Origin: Muribaculaceae bacterium
Lineage (GTDB): Bacteria > Bacteroidota > Bacteroidia > Bacteroidales > Muribaculaceae
Length of the DNA stretch: 64,000 nucleotides
Reading direction: 5' to 3'
NCBI GenBank assembly: GCA_017396945.1
Contig: JAFQKI010000017.1
Location: forward strand, 27,967 to 91,966
Part shown: positions 52,263-63,339 of the stretch, in pieces
Numbering within the stretch: position 1 is the first letter of the stretch
Layout of the letters: every line of letters starts with the position of its first letter
The notes under the pieces: generated by a model
What the model saw: the letters and a program-made list of their open reading frames with translations, nothing else
Database searches by the model: none
Told to the model about the DNA's origin: nothing
Position numbers and translations under genes: made by a program

Positions 52263-54539
52263 TTACTCTTCGTCACGGCGGTAGTTGCGATCGTCACGGC
52301 GAGGACCACGATTGTTATCACGACGAGGACCGCCATGATTATCGCGGCGAGGGCCACGGTCGTTATTATCACGACGAGGGCCACGATCAGGACGTGGAGC
52401 GCGAACAGGCTCTACATATCCCTCAGGTTTGGGTTGAAGCGCACGCATTGACAAGCGGAATTTGCCGGTTTTCTTGTCGATTTCAATGAGTTTTACTTCA
52501 AGAGTGTCGCCTTCGTTGATGCCTGACGCTTCCATATTTTCAATGCGATCCCAGCTGATTTCCGAGATGTGGAGAAGACCATCGCGATTAGGCATAAACT
52601 CTACAAACGCACCAAATTCAAGAATTGAACGCACTTTACCGGTGTAAACTTTGCCCTCTTCGGGAAGTTCGACGATAGCGTTAATCATTGACAACGCTTT
52701 ATCGATAGCGTCTTTGTTGGCAGCAGCAACTTCAATGTAACCTTCATTGTCGATTTCATCGATTGATACAGTTGCGCCACTCTCTTCTTGAATGCCTTGG
52801 ATGATTTTTCCGCCCGGACCGATAACAGCACCAATAAGGTCTTTAGGTATAGTCATTGTCACGATGCGAGGCACGTGAGGTTTGTAATCTTCACGAGGAG
52901 CGGGGATGGTTTCATTAATCTTGTTAAGGATGTGGAGACGACCATCACGAGCTTGCATAAGTGCCTTTTCAAGGATTTCGTAAGAAAGACCATCACACTT
53001 GATGTCCATTTGCGTTGCGGTGATACCATCAACCGTACCGGTTACTTTAAAGTCCATATCTCCGAGGTGGTCTTCGTCACCGAGGATATCAGAGAGTACG
53101 GCATATTTTGAACTTTCGGTGTCAGTGATAAGTCCCATCGCGATACCACTCACAGGTTTTTTCATCTTCACACCGGCATCAAGCAATGCAAGTGTACCGG
53201 CACAAACGGTTGCCATAGACGATGAACCATTTGACTCAAGAATGTCTGACACAATGCGACATACATAGGGAAACCCTTCGGGGAACATGCGTTTCAACGC
53301 GCGGTGAGCAAGATTTCCGTGACCGATTTCACGACGACCTACGCCACGCACCGGTTTAGCTTCGCCGGTAGAAAATGGGGGGAAGTTGTAGTGAAGAAGG
53401 AATCGTTCACGACCTTGACACAATACCTCGTCAAGAATTTTTTCATCGAGTTTTGTTCCAAGTGTAACGGTTGACAATGATTGAGTCTCGCCACGAGTGA
53501 ACACTGCCGATCCGTGAGGTCCTGGCAAATAGTCAACTTCACACCAAATAGGGCGAATATCGGTTGTTTTGCGGCCATCCAAACGGATACCTTCATCAAG
53601 AATGCAACGGCGCACTGCTTCTTTCTCTACATCGTGATAGTAACGTTTCACGAGTGGAGTTTTTTCATCGCGTTCTTCTTCGGGAAGAGCTTCGAGATAT
53701 TCTTCGCAAATGGCTTTGAAGCTATCTTGACGCCAATGTTTGTCGGCGCAACCGGCTTTAGCTATCGCATAAACTTTGTCATAGCATTTTTCGCGAACAT
53801 CCTTACGGAGGTCTTCGTCATTAACTTCGTGGCAGTATTCGCGTTTAACAGTAGCACCCACAGCTTCGGCAAGTTCCAATTGAACTTTGCATTGCTCTTT
53901 AATTGCATCGTGAGCGACTTTAAGCGCGGCAAGAAGGTCGGCTTCTGAAACTTCATCCATTTCACCTTCCACCATCATGATGTTGTCGTAAGTAGCACCT
54001 ACCATCAAATCCATATCGGCATTTTCGAATTGCTCAAATGTGGGGTTGATGATAAACTCACCATCAACACGAACTACTCGCACTTCAGAGATAGGCCCAT
54101 TGAAAGGTATGTCAGAAACGGCGATTGCTGCCGAAGCCGCAAGACCTGCAAGCGCATCGGGCATATCAACGCCATCTGAAGAATACATTGTAACGTTTAC
54201 AAAAGTGTCGGCATGATAATTATCGGGAAAAAGGGGACGCAAAACACGGTCAACAAGACGTGCAGTCAAAATCTCATAGTCCGACGCACGACCTTCGCGT
54301 TTCAAGAATCCTCCGGGGAAACGTCCTGCCGAAGAGAATTTTTCTTTATACTCAACTTGGAGGGGCATAAAATCTACTCCCTCGCCGGCTTCTTTTGCCG
54401 AAACTACTGTCGCAAGGAGCATTGTGTTGCCCATGCGCAATTCTACCGCTCCATCGGCTTGTTTGGCAAGTTTGCCGGTTTCAAGAGTGATGGTGCGACC
54501 GTCACTTAGCTCGATGGTTTTCTTAATTGGATTTACCAT
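52263..54539 (-). CDS. pnp: polyribonucleotide nucleotidyltransferase (PNPase) with an Arg/Asp/Asn-rich repeat tail
   Basis: 758 aa. Two RNase PH domains, a KH domain ([16 protein letters not shown]), an S1 domain ([20 protein letters not shown]), and then a ~50 aa tail. Confidence 0.95.
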   Translation of the reverse strand: MVNPIKKTIELSDGRTITLETGKLAKQADGAVELRMGNTMLLATVVSAKEAGEGVDFMPLQVEYKEKFSSAGRFPGGFLKREGRASDYEILTARLVDRVLRPLFPDNYHADTFVNVTMYSSDGVDMPDALAGLAASAAIAVSDIPFNGPISEVRVVRVDGEFIINPTFEQFENADMDLMVGATYDNIMMVEGEMDEVSEADLLAALKVAHDAIKEQCKVQLELAEAVGATVKREYCHEVNDEDLRKDVREKCYDKVYAIAKAGCADKHWRQDSFKAICEEYLEALPEEERDEKTPLVKRYYHDVEKEAVRRCILDEGIRLDGRKTTDIRPIWCEVDYLPGPHGSAVFTRGETQSLSTVTLGTKLDEKILDEVLCQGRERFLLHYNFPPFSTGEAKPVRGVGRREIGHGNLAHRALKRMFPEGFPYVCRIVSDILESNGSSSMATVCAGTLALLDAGVKMKKPVSGIAMGLITDTESSKYAVLSDILGDEDHLGDMDFKVTGTVDGITATQMDIKCDGLSYEILEKALMQARDGRLHILNKINETIPAPREDYKPHVPRIVTMTIPKDLIGAVIGPGGKIIQGIQEESGATVSIDEIDNEGYIEVAAANKDAIDKALSMINAIVELPEEGKVYTGKVRSILEFGAFVEFMPNRDGLLHISEISWDRIENMEASGINEGDTLEVKLIEIDKKTGKFRLSMRALQPKPEGYVEPVRAPRPDRGPRRDNNDRGPRRDNHGGPRRDNNRGPRRDDRNYRRDEE
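52266..52400 (-). repeat. four tandem GPRRD(N) peptide repeats encoded at the pnp 3' end
   Basis: The translation is [40 protein letters not shown]. Confidence 0.75.
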
Positions 54540-54574
54540 AAAATAAATTGATTTTTTACTGCTTAAATTTCATG

Positions 54575-54582
54575 CAAAGATA
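54575..54582 (-). promoter_or_regulatory. candidate -7 promoter box (TAnnTTTG) for pnp
   Basis: On the minus strand, tatctttg lies about 35 nt upstream of the pnp ATG (54539). Confidence 0.35.
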
Positions 54583-54636
54583 CATAAAAACTATGAGATT
54601 CAGGGGATTTATCGCAATAAAATGACGCAATAAGCG

Positions 54637-54674
54637 ACAAAAAGAGGTCAAATCAGAATTGAATTTGACCTCTT
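54637..54674 (-). terminator. rho-independent terminator after the OmpH-like gene
   Basis: A 12 bp stem, aagaggtcaaat (54642-54653) paired with atttgacctctt (54663-54674). On the minus strand it runs into CTCTTTTTG. Confidence 0.55.
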
Positions 54675-54719
54675 AGGGAAATTTATTGTAAAATTGCTTT
54701 ATTATTGCCTTGTGCAGTG

Positions 54720-55298
54720 TTATTTTTTTGGAGTATAACGAGCATTAAGTTCTTTGATGATGTCGCCGGTAACATCAAGAGAATCATTCCATGTCGCACC
54801 TGCCGATTTCCAAAGTATGGCATCAAAGTGATGCAAATTGTTATAATCAATAAGCACCGAGTTTATAGAATCCAAGATCTCAGCACGCAAACGCAAATTT
54901 TCTTCTTGTGCTTGACGTTCAAGTCGTGCAATATAGGTTTCCGCGTCTTTTTGCATTTGCCCTAATCGTTCAAGGTCGGCGTTATAGCTAGCTTCACTGA
55001 GATAGCCGTTTGATTTAACTTTTTGCTCAATTTGAGTTGCCAATTGTTGTAATTCTGTTTGCTTAGCTTTTATCTGACGCTCGTAGTTGCTTGATGTGCG
55101 CACGATAAAACTTTCGTAATCTTTTGCCAAATTATAATTAGCCAAAATTGAGTCTTGATCTACATAGCGAATGTTAATGCTTGTCGATGCCGCATAAACG
55201 GCCTTATCTTGCTTTGCCTCTTCCTTTTTTACATCTTCAGAGCATGACGTTACACCTATGAAGAGTAGAACACTTAATGTCCAGATGATTTTTTTCAT
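54720..55298 (-). CDS. OmpH/Skp-family periplasmic chaperone lipoprotein
   Basis: 192 aa with lipobox GVTSC. It has a long coiled-coil region (KQTELQQLATQIEQKV...ARLERQAQEENLRLRAEI), typical of OmpH family proteins. Confidence 0.7.
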   Translation of the reverse strand: MKKIIWTLSVLLFIGVTSCSEDVKKEEAKQDKAVYAASTSINIRYVDQDSILANYNLAKDYESFIVRTSSNYERQIKAKQTELQQLATQIEQKVKSNGYLSEASYNADLERLGQMQKDAETYIARLERQAQEENLRLRAEILDSINSVLIDYNNLHHFDAILWKSAGATWNDSLDVTGDIIKELNARYTPKK

Positions 55299-55615
55299 TT
55301 CTGATGAACTTATTTTTTATTTATGTTGTTTTGATTTAATTGTTGAAGGATATGAACGTGTCCCGATGGGAATTTTCCACCCTTAATAAAAAACACTTTT
55401 ATCCCCAACAATAGTAATGCGATTGCAATTAGAATTATCGACAGAATTACCAATTTCACTGATAAAAAGCGTTTTTACAATGCAAATATATAAAACGTAT
55501 CTAAATTATTTGTTACATATAAATTTTATTTTGTAACTTAGTGAGCGAATAACATTCTTTTTAAGTATATTTTAAAGATATTGAAACATTTTAAAACGTA
55601 AAACTATATCAATTT

Positions 55616-57076
55616 ATGACACTCAAAGATTTAAAACCGACCTTGGTATGGTCGATATTTGATGAGATAACCAAAGTTCCTCGCCCCTCAAAAAAGGAGG
55701 AGAAAATACGCCAATGGCTGCTTGAATTCGCCGCAAAACACAATCTTGAAGTTAAGACCGATGAGATTGGGAATGTTGTGATGCGCAAGCCCGCGACTCC
55801 CGGTCATGAAGACGCTCCCACATTGATAATGCAGGCTCACATGGATATGGTGTGTGAAGCAAGTGACAAAACTTTTGACTTTGACAACAATCCCATTACG
55901 ACCATTATAGAGGGGGATTGGGTGAAAGCTAATGAAACCACTCTCGGAGCCGACAATGGTATCGGTATGGCAGGTGCACTTGCCGCTCTTGTTGATGACA
56001 CATTGGTTCATGGTCCGCTTGAAGCATTGTTTACTGTCGATGAGGAAACCGGCCTTACCGGTGCCAACAATCTTGGTGACGGCATGATTACCGGCTCGAT
56101 ATTGCTCAACCTTGACTCTGAAGATGACGCTGAGATCTTTGTAGGATGTGCCGGTGGTGTTGACACCACTTGCATATTCAAGTACAACAATGCCGAGGTC
56201 CCTGCCAATTATCATTACTTTAAGATAAATATAGAAAAAGGTCAAGGCGGTCACTCAGGGTGTGACATTCACCTTGGTCGTGCCAACGCAAATAAGCTAT
56301 TGGCTCGTTTCTTGTGGGGAATTTCTCAAAAAATGGAAATGGTTCTTGCCGAAATTGGGGGCGGAAATCTCCGCAATGCGATTCCTCGTGATGCGTTTGC
56401 TGTATTTGGTGTCCCCATTGCCGACAAAGAGGATGTGCGTGTAGCAATGAACCACTTTATTGCCGACGTAGAAAATGAATACAAGGATATAGAGCCTACT
56501 TTGACAATCACCCTTGAAAGTGCCGACAACCCTGCGACACGTATCGACTCGGTTACAGCAGATTGCTTGATTGGCGCATTATATAGCGCACCTCATGGTG
56601 TCATTTCAATGAGCCGTGAGCTTGAAGGGCTTGTAGAAACCTCAACCAATCTTGCCGCAGTCAAGATGATGCCCAAGAATGAAATCCTTGTAACCACCAG
56701 TCAACGTAGTTCTGTAGATTCTCGCAAATGGGACATCGCTCGCCAAGTTGAGGCTTTGTTTGCGCTCGCCGGAGCCACCGTCACTCATGGAGATGGCTAT
56801 CCCGGATGGGCACCCAATATGAAATCTCCAATTATGGAAATCGCACGCGATGCTTATGCGGAACTATATCAAATCACACCTGCTATTAAGGCTATTCATG
56901 CCGGTCTTGAATGTGGATTGTTCTTGGAAAAATATCCTCATTTGGATATGGTTTCGTTTGGACCCACATTGCAAGGGGTACACTCTCCGTCAGAAAGAAT
57001 GTATATCCCTGCAGTTGAACGCTTCTGGGGACAACTTACACTCATCTTAAAGAAAGTGGCAGATTTAAAGAAATAA
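55616..57076 (+). CDS. pepD: aminoacyl-histidine dipeptidase (M20 family, PepD)
   Basis: 486 aa. Contains FDEITKVPRPSKKEEKI, MQAHMDMV, GADNGIGMA and TVDEETGLTGA. Confidence 0.9.
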   Translation: MTLKDLKPTLVWSIFDEITKVPRPSKKEEKIRQWLLEFAAKHNLEVKTDEIGNVVMRKPATPGHEDAPTLIMQAHMDMVCEASDKTFDFDNNPITTIIEGDWVKANETTLGADNGIGMAGALAALVDDTLVHGPLEALFTVDEETGLTGANNLGDGMITGSILLNLDSEDDAEIFVGCAGGVDTTCIFKYNNAEVPANYHYFKINIEKGQGGHSGCDIHLGRANANKLLARFLWGISQKMEMVLAEIGGGNLRNAIPRDAFAVFGVPIADKEDVRVAMNHFIADVENEYKDIEPTLTITLESADNPATRIDSVTADCLIGALYSAPHGVISMSRELEGLVETSTNLAAVKMMPKNEILVTTSQRSSVDSRKWDIARQVEALFALAGATVTHGDGYPGWAPNMKSPIMEIARDAYAELYQITPAIKAIHAGLECGLFLEKYPHLDMVSFGPTLQGVHSPSERMYIPAVERFWGQLTLILKKVADLKK

Positions 57077-57110
57077 CATTATATTTGCATATTAAATAAA
57101 TTAGGTTAGG

Positions 57111-57143
57111 CCTGACGCTACCGTGAGGTAGTGTCAGGTTTTT
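57111..57143 (+). terminator. rho-independent terminator after pepD
   Basis: cctgacgctacc (57111-57122) pairs with ggtagtgtcagg (57127-57138), including one G-U pair. The loop is GTGA and ttttt follows. Confidence 0.7.
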
Positions 57144-57168
57144 AATATCACCCTCGACTCAAATATAA

Positions 57169-57963
57169 ATGAAACAACTACTATTATACCCCTTATGCTT
57201 GGGAGTTGCATCGTTTGGCTATACCAACACCTCAGATACCACAGACCAGGTCCATGCATTAGCCGACTCAACTGCGATCAGCGACACTATTGCTATCTCT
57301 GTGGTCGAAGCCATTGTAGTTGATACATCAATCACGATTGATAGCATAACCGGTGACACCATTGCCCAAATCCCCATGAGACTTAGCGAAGAGGATTATC
57401 AAATTGTTGCCGAACGTCTTGGCATTGAAGTCGCCGTAATCAAAGCGGTCGTTGAAGTCGAAGCCGGTCACGCCCATTGTGGTTTTGGCGAAGAAAATCG
57501 ACCTATTATCAATTTTGACGTGAAAATTTTCAAACGTTTTGCCTCTCGCAATGGCATAGATCTTTCAAGCTACCGCAAAACTCATGCTGTGGTTTTCTCA
57601 AAACCAGATATTAGAAAGTATGGCTCAAAACAAGCAGCACAGTGGGCACGATTTAACGCAGCTTGTGAGATTGATAGCATTACAGCCATTGAAGGAACCT
57701 TTTGGGGAATGTTTCAGATCGGGGGATTTAATTGGAAGAAATGCGGAGCATCAAGCATCTCTGAATTTTACAAGGCTATGTGTGAGTCGGAACACGCTCA
57801 ACTCGAAGCATTTGCCAATTTCCTTGTCTCATGCAACATGGTAGAGGCTTTGAAAAAGAAAAATTGGAACCAATTTGCATATCGCTATAACGGACCCAAA
57901 TACAAATCGCGAGGCTACCACACCAAACTCGCTCGCGCCTACAAAAAACATTCCAAATTTTAA
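57169..57963 (+). CDS. secreted N-acetylmuramidase family protein (DUF3380)
   Basis: 264 aa with a signal peptide. The C-terminal 190 aa (IEVAVIKAVVEVEAG...FWGMFQIGGFNWKKCG...YRYNGPKYKSRGYHTKLARAY) match the DUF3380 muramidase pattern. Confidence 0.65.
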   Translation: MKQLLLYPLCLGVASFGYTNTSDTTDQVHALADSTAISDTIAISVVEAIVVDTSITIDSITGDTIAQIPMRLSEEDYQIVAERLGIEVAVIKAVVEVEAGHAHCGFGEENRPIINFDVKIFKRFASRNGIDLSSYRKTHAVVFSKPDIRKYGSKQAAQWARFNAACEIDSITAIEGTFWGMFQIGGFNWKKCGASSISEFYKAMCESEHAQLEAFANFLVSCNMVEALKKKNWNQFAYRYNGPKYKSRGYHTKLARAYKKHSKF

Positions 57964-58050
57964 TTGACAATCCATAAGGTAAATTTATAATCACAAAGCA
58001 TAGGTTATGATGATTGGAGCGTTTTATGTGTAACAACGTCAAGAAAGTAA

Positions 58051-58098
58051 TATAAGAATGAGGCGGGAAATCAACAAACTTCCCGCCTCATTCTTATA
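58051..58098. terminator. 18 bp perfect hairpin between convergent genes (bidirectional terminator-like)
   Basis: tataagaatgaggcggga (58051-58068) pairs with tcccgcctcattcttata (58081-58098). Confidence 0.55.
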
Positions 58099-58117
58099 AG
58101 GAACTAATTGTTACAAA

Positions 58118-58873
58118 TTAGTCTTTGAGTTTTGCTTTGATAAACTCGCGGTTGAGACGAGCAATGTTGCTCAACGGAATGTTTTTGGGACATTCAGCTG
58201 CACAAGCTCCGGTGTTGGTACAGTTACCAAAACCGAGTTCGTCCATCTTCTTAACCATTGCACGAGCGCGACGAGCACGTTCAACTTGACCTTGAGGAAG
58301 TAGTGCAAATTGACTAACTTTAGCCGAAACGAACAACATAGCAGAGCCATTCTTACAAGCAGCAACACATGCACCACAACCGATACATGTAGCAGAGTCC
58401 ATAGCGATGTCGGCAACTTCCTTAGAGATAGGAGTAGCATTGGCATCGGGAGCCGCGCCACAATTGAATGAGGTATAACCACCTGCTTGTTGGATTTTAT
58501 CAAACGCGTTACGGTCAACCATCAAGTCGCGGATTACGGGGAATGCCGCAGAACGCCAAGGCTCGATAGTGATAGTGTCGTTGTTTTTAAACTTGCGCAT
58601 GTGTAATTGGCAAGTGGTGATGCCTTGAACAGGACCATGTGGGTGTCCATTGATATAAAGCGAGCACATACCACAGATACCTTCGCGGCAGTCGCTATCA
58701 AACACAACAGGCTCTTCACCTTTCTCAACAAGCTGTTGGTTGAGCATATCGAGCATTTCAAGGAAACTGCTGCCGGTAGATACATTTTCAAGACGATAGT
58801 TGACGAACTGTCCTTTAGCCTTAGGACCACGTTGACGCCAAATTTTCAAGTTTACGCTAATTGTCTTTTCCAT
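58118..58873 (-). CDS. frdB: fumarate reductase/succinate dehydrogenase iron-sulfur subunit
   Basis: 251 aa. Cys clusters [21 protein letters not shown] and [12 protein letters not shown]. Confidence 0.9.
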   Translation of the reverse strand: MEKTISVNLKIWRQRGPKAKGQFVNYRLENVSTGSSFLEMLDMLNQQLVEKGEEPVVFDSDCREGICGMCSLYINGHPHGPVQGITTCQLHMRKFKNNDTITIEPWRSAAFPVIRDLMVDRNAFDKIQQAGGYTSFNCGAAPDANATPISKEVADIAMDSATCIGCGACVAACKNGSAMLFVSAKVSQFALLPQGQVERARRARAMVKKMDELGFGNCTNTGACAAECPKNIPLSNIARLNREFIKAKLKD

Positions 58874-58949
58874 TTGTGTAATTTATTTATTTGGTAGGAG
58901 CCGAGGGAGTCACCATTATGGCATTCCCTCGACAGCCACGTGGTTTTAC

Positions 58950-60971
58950 TTATGATTTATAGTTACGGGTTTGAACTTGGATAGCTTCATATTTGAGCGG
59001 TTCTTTGAGAAGCACAGGCTTTTCATCGTCGCCGGTATATTTCCAGCAGCTCACATACATATATTCTTCGTCGTTACGAGCGGCTTCGCCATCAGCAGTT
59101 TGATACTCTTCACGGAAGTGAGCACCACAAGACTCGTTGCGGTGGAGAGCGTCGATAGCCATCATTTTTGCCATAACGAGGAAGTCTTCAAGACGGAGAG
59201 CTTTTTCAAGTTCGGTGTTGAGGTCATCAGCTTTACCTACGATGCGAAGGTCACTGTAGAACTCTTTGCGCACTTCTTCAACTGCGTCAAGAGCATTAAC
59301 GAGGCTTTGAAGTGTGCGACCCATACCCACGAGATCCCACATAACGTGACCGAGGTGTTTGTGGATTTCATCGGGAGACTTAGTACCCTTGATGTTCATT
59401 AGGCGTTCGATGCGAGCACGCACGTCGGCTTCAGCTTTGTCAAATTCAGGAGCATCGGTAGTGAAGTGAGGCACCTTGATTTGGTCGCTGAGGTAGTTTT
59501 GCATTGTGTATGGAAGCACGAAGTAACCATCGGCAAGACCTTGCATGAGCGCAGATGCACCAAGACGGTTAGCACCATGATCAGAGAAGTTACATTCACC
59601 GATAGCGAAAAGACCTTTAACTGATGTTTGGAGTTCGTAGTCAACCCAGATACCACCCATTGTATAGTGACTTGCGGGGAAAATCATCATAGGGGTTTCG
59701 TATGGGTTGTCATCAGAAATCATTTCATACATTTCAAAGAGGTTTCCATAACGGTCACGCACTACATCTTCACCAAGGCGTTGGATAGCGTATTTAAAGT
59801 CAAGATATACGGCATTGCCGGTTCCTACACCATAACCCGCATCACAACGTTCTTTTGCCGCACGGCTGGCGATGTCACGAGGACAAAGGTTACCGAATGC
59901 GGGATAACGACGTTCAAGGTAGAAGTCACGATCTTCGTCGGGGATATCGGTAGGTTTCATCTTGCCTGCGCGGATAGCTTCGGCATCTTCTTTCTTTTTG
60001 GGAACCCAGATGCGGCCATCGTTACGGAGAGATTCACTCATAAGTGTAAGCTTAGATTGATCTTCACCGTGAACGGGGATACAAGTTGGGTGAATTTGAG
60101 TAAACGCAAGGTTAGAGAGGTAAGCCCCTTTCTTGAATGCTTGAATAGCGGCAGAACCGTTACAACCCATAGCGTTGGTAGAAAGGAAGAATGCACGACC
60201 ATAACCACCGGTTGCGAGAACAACAGCGTGAGCTGCATAACGTTCGATTTCACCGGTTACGAGGTTGCGCACGATAATACCGCGAGCACGACCATCGATG
60301 ATTACAACATCGAGCATTTCACGGCGGTTGTAAGACTTCACTGTGCCTTTATTGATTTGGCGGTTGAGTGAAGCATAAGCGCCGAGAAGAAGTTGTTGAC
60401 CGGTTTGACCTTTAGCATAGAATGTACGAGAAACTTGCGCGCCACCAAAAGAACGGTTGGCAAGAGTACCGCCGTATTCGCGAGCGAAAGGTACACCTTG
60501 TTGAACACATTGGTCGATGATATTATTTGACACTTCGGCAAGACGGTAAACGTTGGCTTCACGAGAGCGGAAGTCACCACCTTTTACAGTGTCATAGAAA
60601 AGACGATAAACAGAGTCACCATCGTTCTGATAATTCTTGGCAGCATTGATACCACCTTGAGCCGCGATAGAGTGAGCGCGACGAGGGCTGTCTTGGATAC
60701 AGAAGTTGAGTACGTTGAAACCCATTTCTCCAAGAGTTGAAGCAGCCGAAGCACCTGCAAGACCGGTACCAACGACGATGATGTCGAGGTTACGTTTGTT
60801 GGCAGGGTTCACAAGTTTTTGGTGAGCCTTATAGTTAGTCCACTTTTCAGCGACAGGACCTTCGGGTATTTTAGAGTCGATCGCAGTAGTGGCAGCCGAT
60901 TCGATGTCGGCATAATCCTTCATAATGGGAGTTGAGTCGATCATTCCCTCAATGTTTTGTTTAGTTGCCAT
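58950..60971 (-). CDS. frdA: fumarate reductase/succinate dehydrogenase flavoprotein subunit
   Basis: 673 aa. FAD-binding [24 protein letters not shown] and HYTMGGI. Confidence 0.9.
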   Translation of the reverse strand: MATKQNIEGMIDSTPIMKDYADIESAATTAIDSKIPEGPVAEKWTNYKAHQKLVNPANKRNLDIIVVGTGLAGASAASTLGEMGFNVLNFCIQDSPRRAHSIAAQGGINAAKNYQNDGDSVYRLFYDTVKGGDFRSREANVYRLAEVSNNIIDQCVQQGVPFAREYGGTLANRSFGGAQVSRTFYAKGQTGQQLLLGAYASLNRQINKGTVKSYNRREMLDVVIIDGRARGIIVRNLVTGEIERYAAHAVVLATGGYGRAFFLSTNAMGCNGSAAIQAFKKGAYLSNLAFTQIHPTCIPVHGEDQSKLTLMSESLRNDGRIWVPKKKEDAEAIRAGKMKPTDIPDEDRDFYLERRYPAFGNLCPRDIASRAAKERCDAGYGVGTGNAVYLDFKYAIQRLGEDVVRDRYGNLFEMYEMISDDNPYETPMMIFPASHYTMGGIWVDYELQTSVKGLFAIGECNFSDHGANRLGASALMQGLADGYFVLPYTMQNYLSDQIKVPHFTTDAPEFDKAEADVRARIERLMNIKGTKSPDEIHKHLGHVMWDLVGMGRTLQSLVNALDAVEEVRKEFYSDLRIVGKADDLNTELEKALRLEDFLVMAKMMAIDALHRNESCGAHFREEYQTADGEAARNDEEYMYVSCWKYTGDDEKPVLLKEPLKYEAIQVQTRNYKS

Positions 60972-60979
60972 ATCGCTAA

Positions 60980-61999
60980 TTATTTAGTGGGTTCAGGATT
61001 TTGTTTTTGCATTTCATGTTGTTGAATTGCCATGAGAGTAAACATGTCACGATTCATATTTGCATTTAACAACAATGTCTTGTAATAAGATGGTGCCTGT
61101 TTTTCAATCATACCTACAAACGAAACTACTTTTGCTATTGCTGCTTCTTCAATTTCTGCAGCTTTCATCTCGGTTTCAGGAGTTTGGTTTGCCATCAAGT
61201 CCAGTTTAGCAACCTCTTCTATCATATTAGCCTTTACTTCTTCAATTTCTTCAGCCCAGAATTCACCATATTGTTCTTGGAGTTGAGGATCATTGAGGTA
61301 GAATTTTTCGTTAGCTTTCCAAGTAAAAACGAGTGCTTGAACAACAAAAAGACCTACAACGATAGTAGTCCAAGCCGAAGCTACTTTTTTCAAGCGGGGC
61401 ATCCAGGTGCCGTTGTTCCAACCTGCGGTTTGGAACATTGACCAGAAACCATGGTTCATGTGGAACCAAAGAGCCACGAAGCCAACGATATAAATTACAG
61501 AAGTCCAAATTTCAGAGAAAGCGGACTGAATGAACAATGTGCCGAAAGCGGGGTGAGCGGGAACACCTTCTACCTGAGCCCAAGTCGCAGGATCGTGAGA
61601 AATAATTTCGGCAAGCTGCATTTTAGCCCAGAATTGGATCATGTGAACTGCAAGGAACGCGACAACCACGACACCAAGCACGAGCATGTTGTTTGACGAC
61701 CATTCCACTTGAGGAGGAAGAGTAGTCACTGCATAACGGTCGTTACCGCGAGCTTTACGGTTTTGAAGAGTAAGGATCACAGCATAAACGATGTGAACCA
61801 AGAAAAGGAACGCGAGACCTGCTGAAGCAACGAGCGCATACCAATTTGCGCCTAAGAAAGCACAAATGTCATTGTAAGCGGCCGGCCAAAAAACAGCCAC
61901 TGTGTTCATCAGCACGTGAAACGTTAAAAATAGGATAAGGGCAGCTCCTGTAATTGACATGATGAGCTTCCTACCTATAGATGAGTTTGTTAACCACAT
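60980..61999 (-). CDS. frdC: fumarate reductase/succinate dehydrogenase cytochrome b subunit with a ~110 aa C-terminal extension
   Basis: 339 aa. The first ~228 aa contain five TM helices with conserved His residues and sit first in frdCAB order. Residues 228-339 are hydrophilic, acidic and helical. Confidence 0.8.
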   Translation of the reverse strand: MWLTNSSIGRKLIMSITGAALILFLTFHVLMNTVAVFWPAAYNDICAFLGANWYALVASAGLAFLFLVHIVYAVILTLQNRKARGNDRYAVTTLPPQVEWSSNNMLVLGVVVVAFLAVHMIQFWAKMQLAEIISHDPATWAQVEGVPAHPAFGTLFIQSAFSEIWTSVIYIVGFVALWFHMNHGFWSMFQTAGWNNGTWMPRLKKVASAWTTIVVGLFVVQALVFTWKANEKFYLNDPQLQEQYGEFWAEEIEEVKANMIEEVAKLDLMANQTPETEMKAAEIEEAAIAKVVSFVGMIEKQAPSYYKTLLLNANMNRDMFTLMAIQQHEMQKQNPEPTK

Positions 62000-62061
62000 A
62001 GATGTTAGAAATTTATAAAATTATTAATAGATATTAGTTTATTCGCTGTTTTTGCAATGTG

Positions 62062-62069
62062 CAAATTTA
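62062..62069 (-). promoter_or_regulatory. candidate -7 promoter box (TAnnTTTG) for frdCAB
   Basis: On the minus strand, taaatttg lies ~62 nt upstream of the frdC ATG. A second tgcaaat copy lies 10-11 nt away. Confidence 0.35.
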
Positions 62070-62113
62070 ATGCAAATTACTCGCGTTTACAACAATTAAG
62101 TAAAAAACTTTTC

Positions 62114-62160
62114 ACAAAAAGCGGGCGACTGCTTTGAATTATTCAAAATCAATCGCCCGG
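62114..62160 (-). terminator. rho-independent terminator after the TlpA-like gene
   Basis: On the minus strand, GGGCGATTG...CAGTCGCCC (one mismatch) is followed by GCTTTTTGTG. Confidence 0.5.
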
Positions 62161-62192
62161 TAAGCTAAATAGAGAATTGTTTTTCTGCAATT

Positions 62193-63323
62193 TTAAATGT
62201 ATTTCTTGAGTGCTGATGCAAGTTTCGAGGCGTCATCAACTCGCTCAACCAACTCTCCGGCTCGATTAATGATAAATGTTGTGGGAGTATTGGTGTTTAC
62301 GTTGTATTTCAACAAATTAATTGACGCGTTGCTCCCTGAGTTATGGACAGAAATCCACGGAAGATTTTGAGAGCCGATTTTCCAAGTGGATTGATGCGCA
62401 TCGGTTGACACTTGATATATCTGCAATCCTCGATCCTTGTATTGGTCATAAACCTTGCGCAACTCTAAATTGTAAGCAGGAGCAATCGCTTCACCATAGG
62501 ACACAAAACTGAGGATGGTCACATCTCCCACAGAGCTAATTTGAGCCAAGCTATGAGCCTTTCCGTCAACATCATAAAGATTTATATCTTGTGGCAGACT
62601 TGATTCTGACAGATACAAAGTATCAGTGTGAGCGACAGCTGCAGATAGTGTTTTTGACTTACGATAAGTCGCATTAATTTCATGGAAATATGCTTCTAAA
62701 AATTTAGTACGGGGATCTTCAGGGCGATATTGCATTGCAATGTTGGTGATACTTCTGATTTTAGAGAAATCCTGACGATTTTTAGGGTTGAGCAATAGCG
62801 AATCTCCGACAATGCGGGCTATCAAATAATTGCCCACAACCATAGTCGCCGAATCTTCAATCGCCATGCGCAAAAACTCTTTTTTCAGGTCATGATTGGC
62901 AAGCAACTCTTCAACTCTCGCACTATCTACATAGCTATTAATCACAGAATCGATATACATAATGATCTCAACCTGTGGACTACCGACAAGTTTATAATCA
63001 CGATCAAAATGAGACGCATCGGCTTTTACAACGATTGTTTCATCAGCAATATATGGAAAATAAATCATCTTACCTTCAAGGTTAAGACGATAAATGTCGG
63101 GGTGAGATTTCAAAGGATGTTGCATGTAAAATCCGCCTTCATCAATCAAGTTGAATGTATCAACCGGATACCAACGCCCATTGGCAGAAGCCTCCAAGAG
63201 AAGCACCTTATCGGCTCCACCATTAATGGTCCCTTTTACGGTCCATTTCGGTTCTTTTTCGCCACAACTCCATAAGCCTAACAGCATTATCGTTGCGACG
63301 ATTGATAATAACGCCTTTTTCAT
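62193..63323 (-). CDS. TlpA/ResA-like thioredoxin-fold lipoprotein (DUF4369 N-terminal domain) lacking the CxxC motif
   Basis: 376 aa counted from MKKALLSIVATIMLLGLWSC (ATG 63321-63323); the track ORF extends to 63407. The C-terminal thioredoxin-like region has ILSFVSYGEAIAPAY where FWASWCGPC is expected. Confidence 0.6.
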   Translation of the reverse strand: MKKALLSIVATIMLLGLWSCGEKEPKWTVKGTINGGADKVLLLEASANGRWYPVDTFNLIDEGGFYMQHPLKSHPDIYRLNLEGKMIYFPYIADETIVVKADASHFDRDYKLVGSPQVEIIMYIDSVINSYVDSARVEELLANHDLKKEFLRMAIEDSATMVVGNYLIARIVGDSLLLNPKNRQDFSKIRSITNIAMQYRPEDPRTKFLEAYFHEINATYRKSKTLSAAVAHTDTLYLSESSLPQDINLYDVDGKAHSLAQISSVGDVTILSFVSYGEAIAPAYNLELRKVYDQYKDRGLQIYQVSTDAHQSTWKIGSQNLPWISVHNSGSNASINLLKYNVNTNTPTTFIINRAGELVERVDDASKLASALKKYI

Positions 63324-63339
63324 ATACAGAGGAGTTTGT

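Noticed and set aside
52209-52489. 80 aa and 90 aa plus-strand ORFs overlapping the pnp 3' end
   Set aside because: They are antisense to the GPRRDN repeat region and begin inside the terminator hairpin. This is an artefact of repetitive GC-rich codons.
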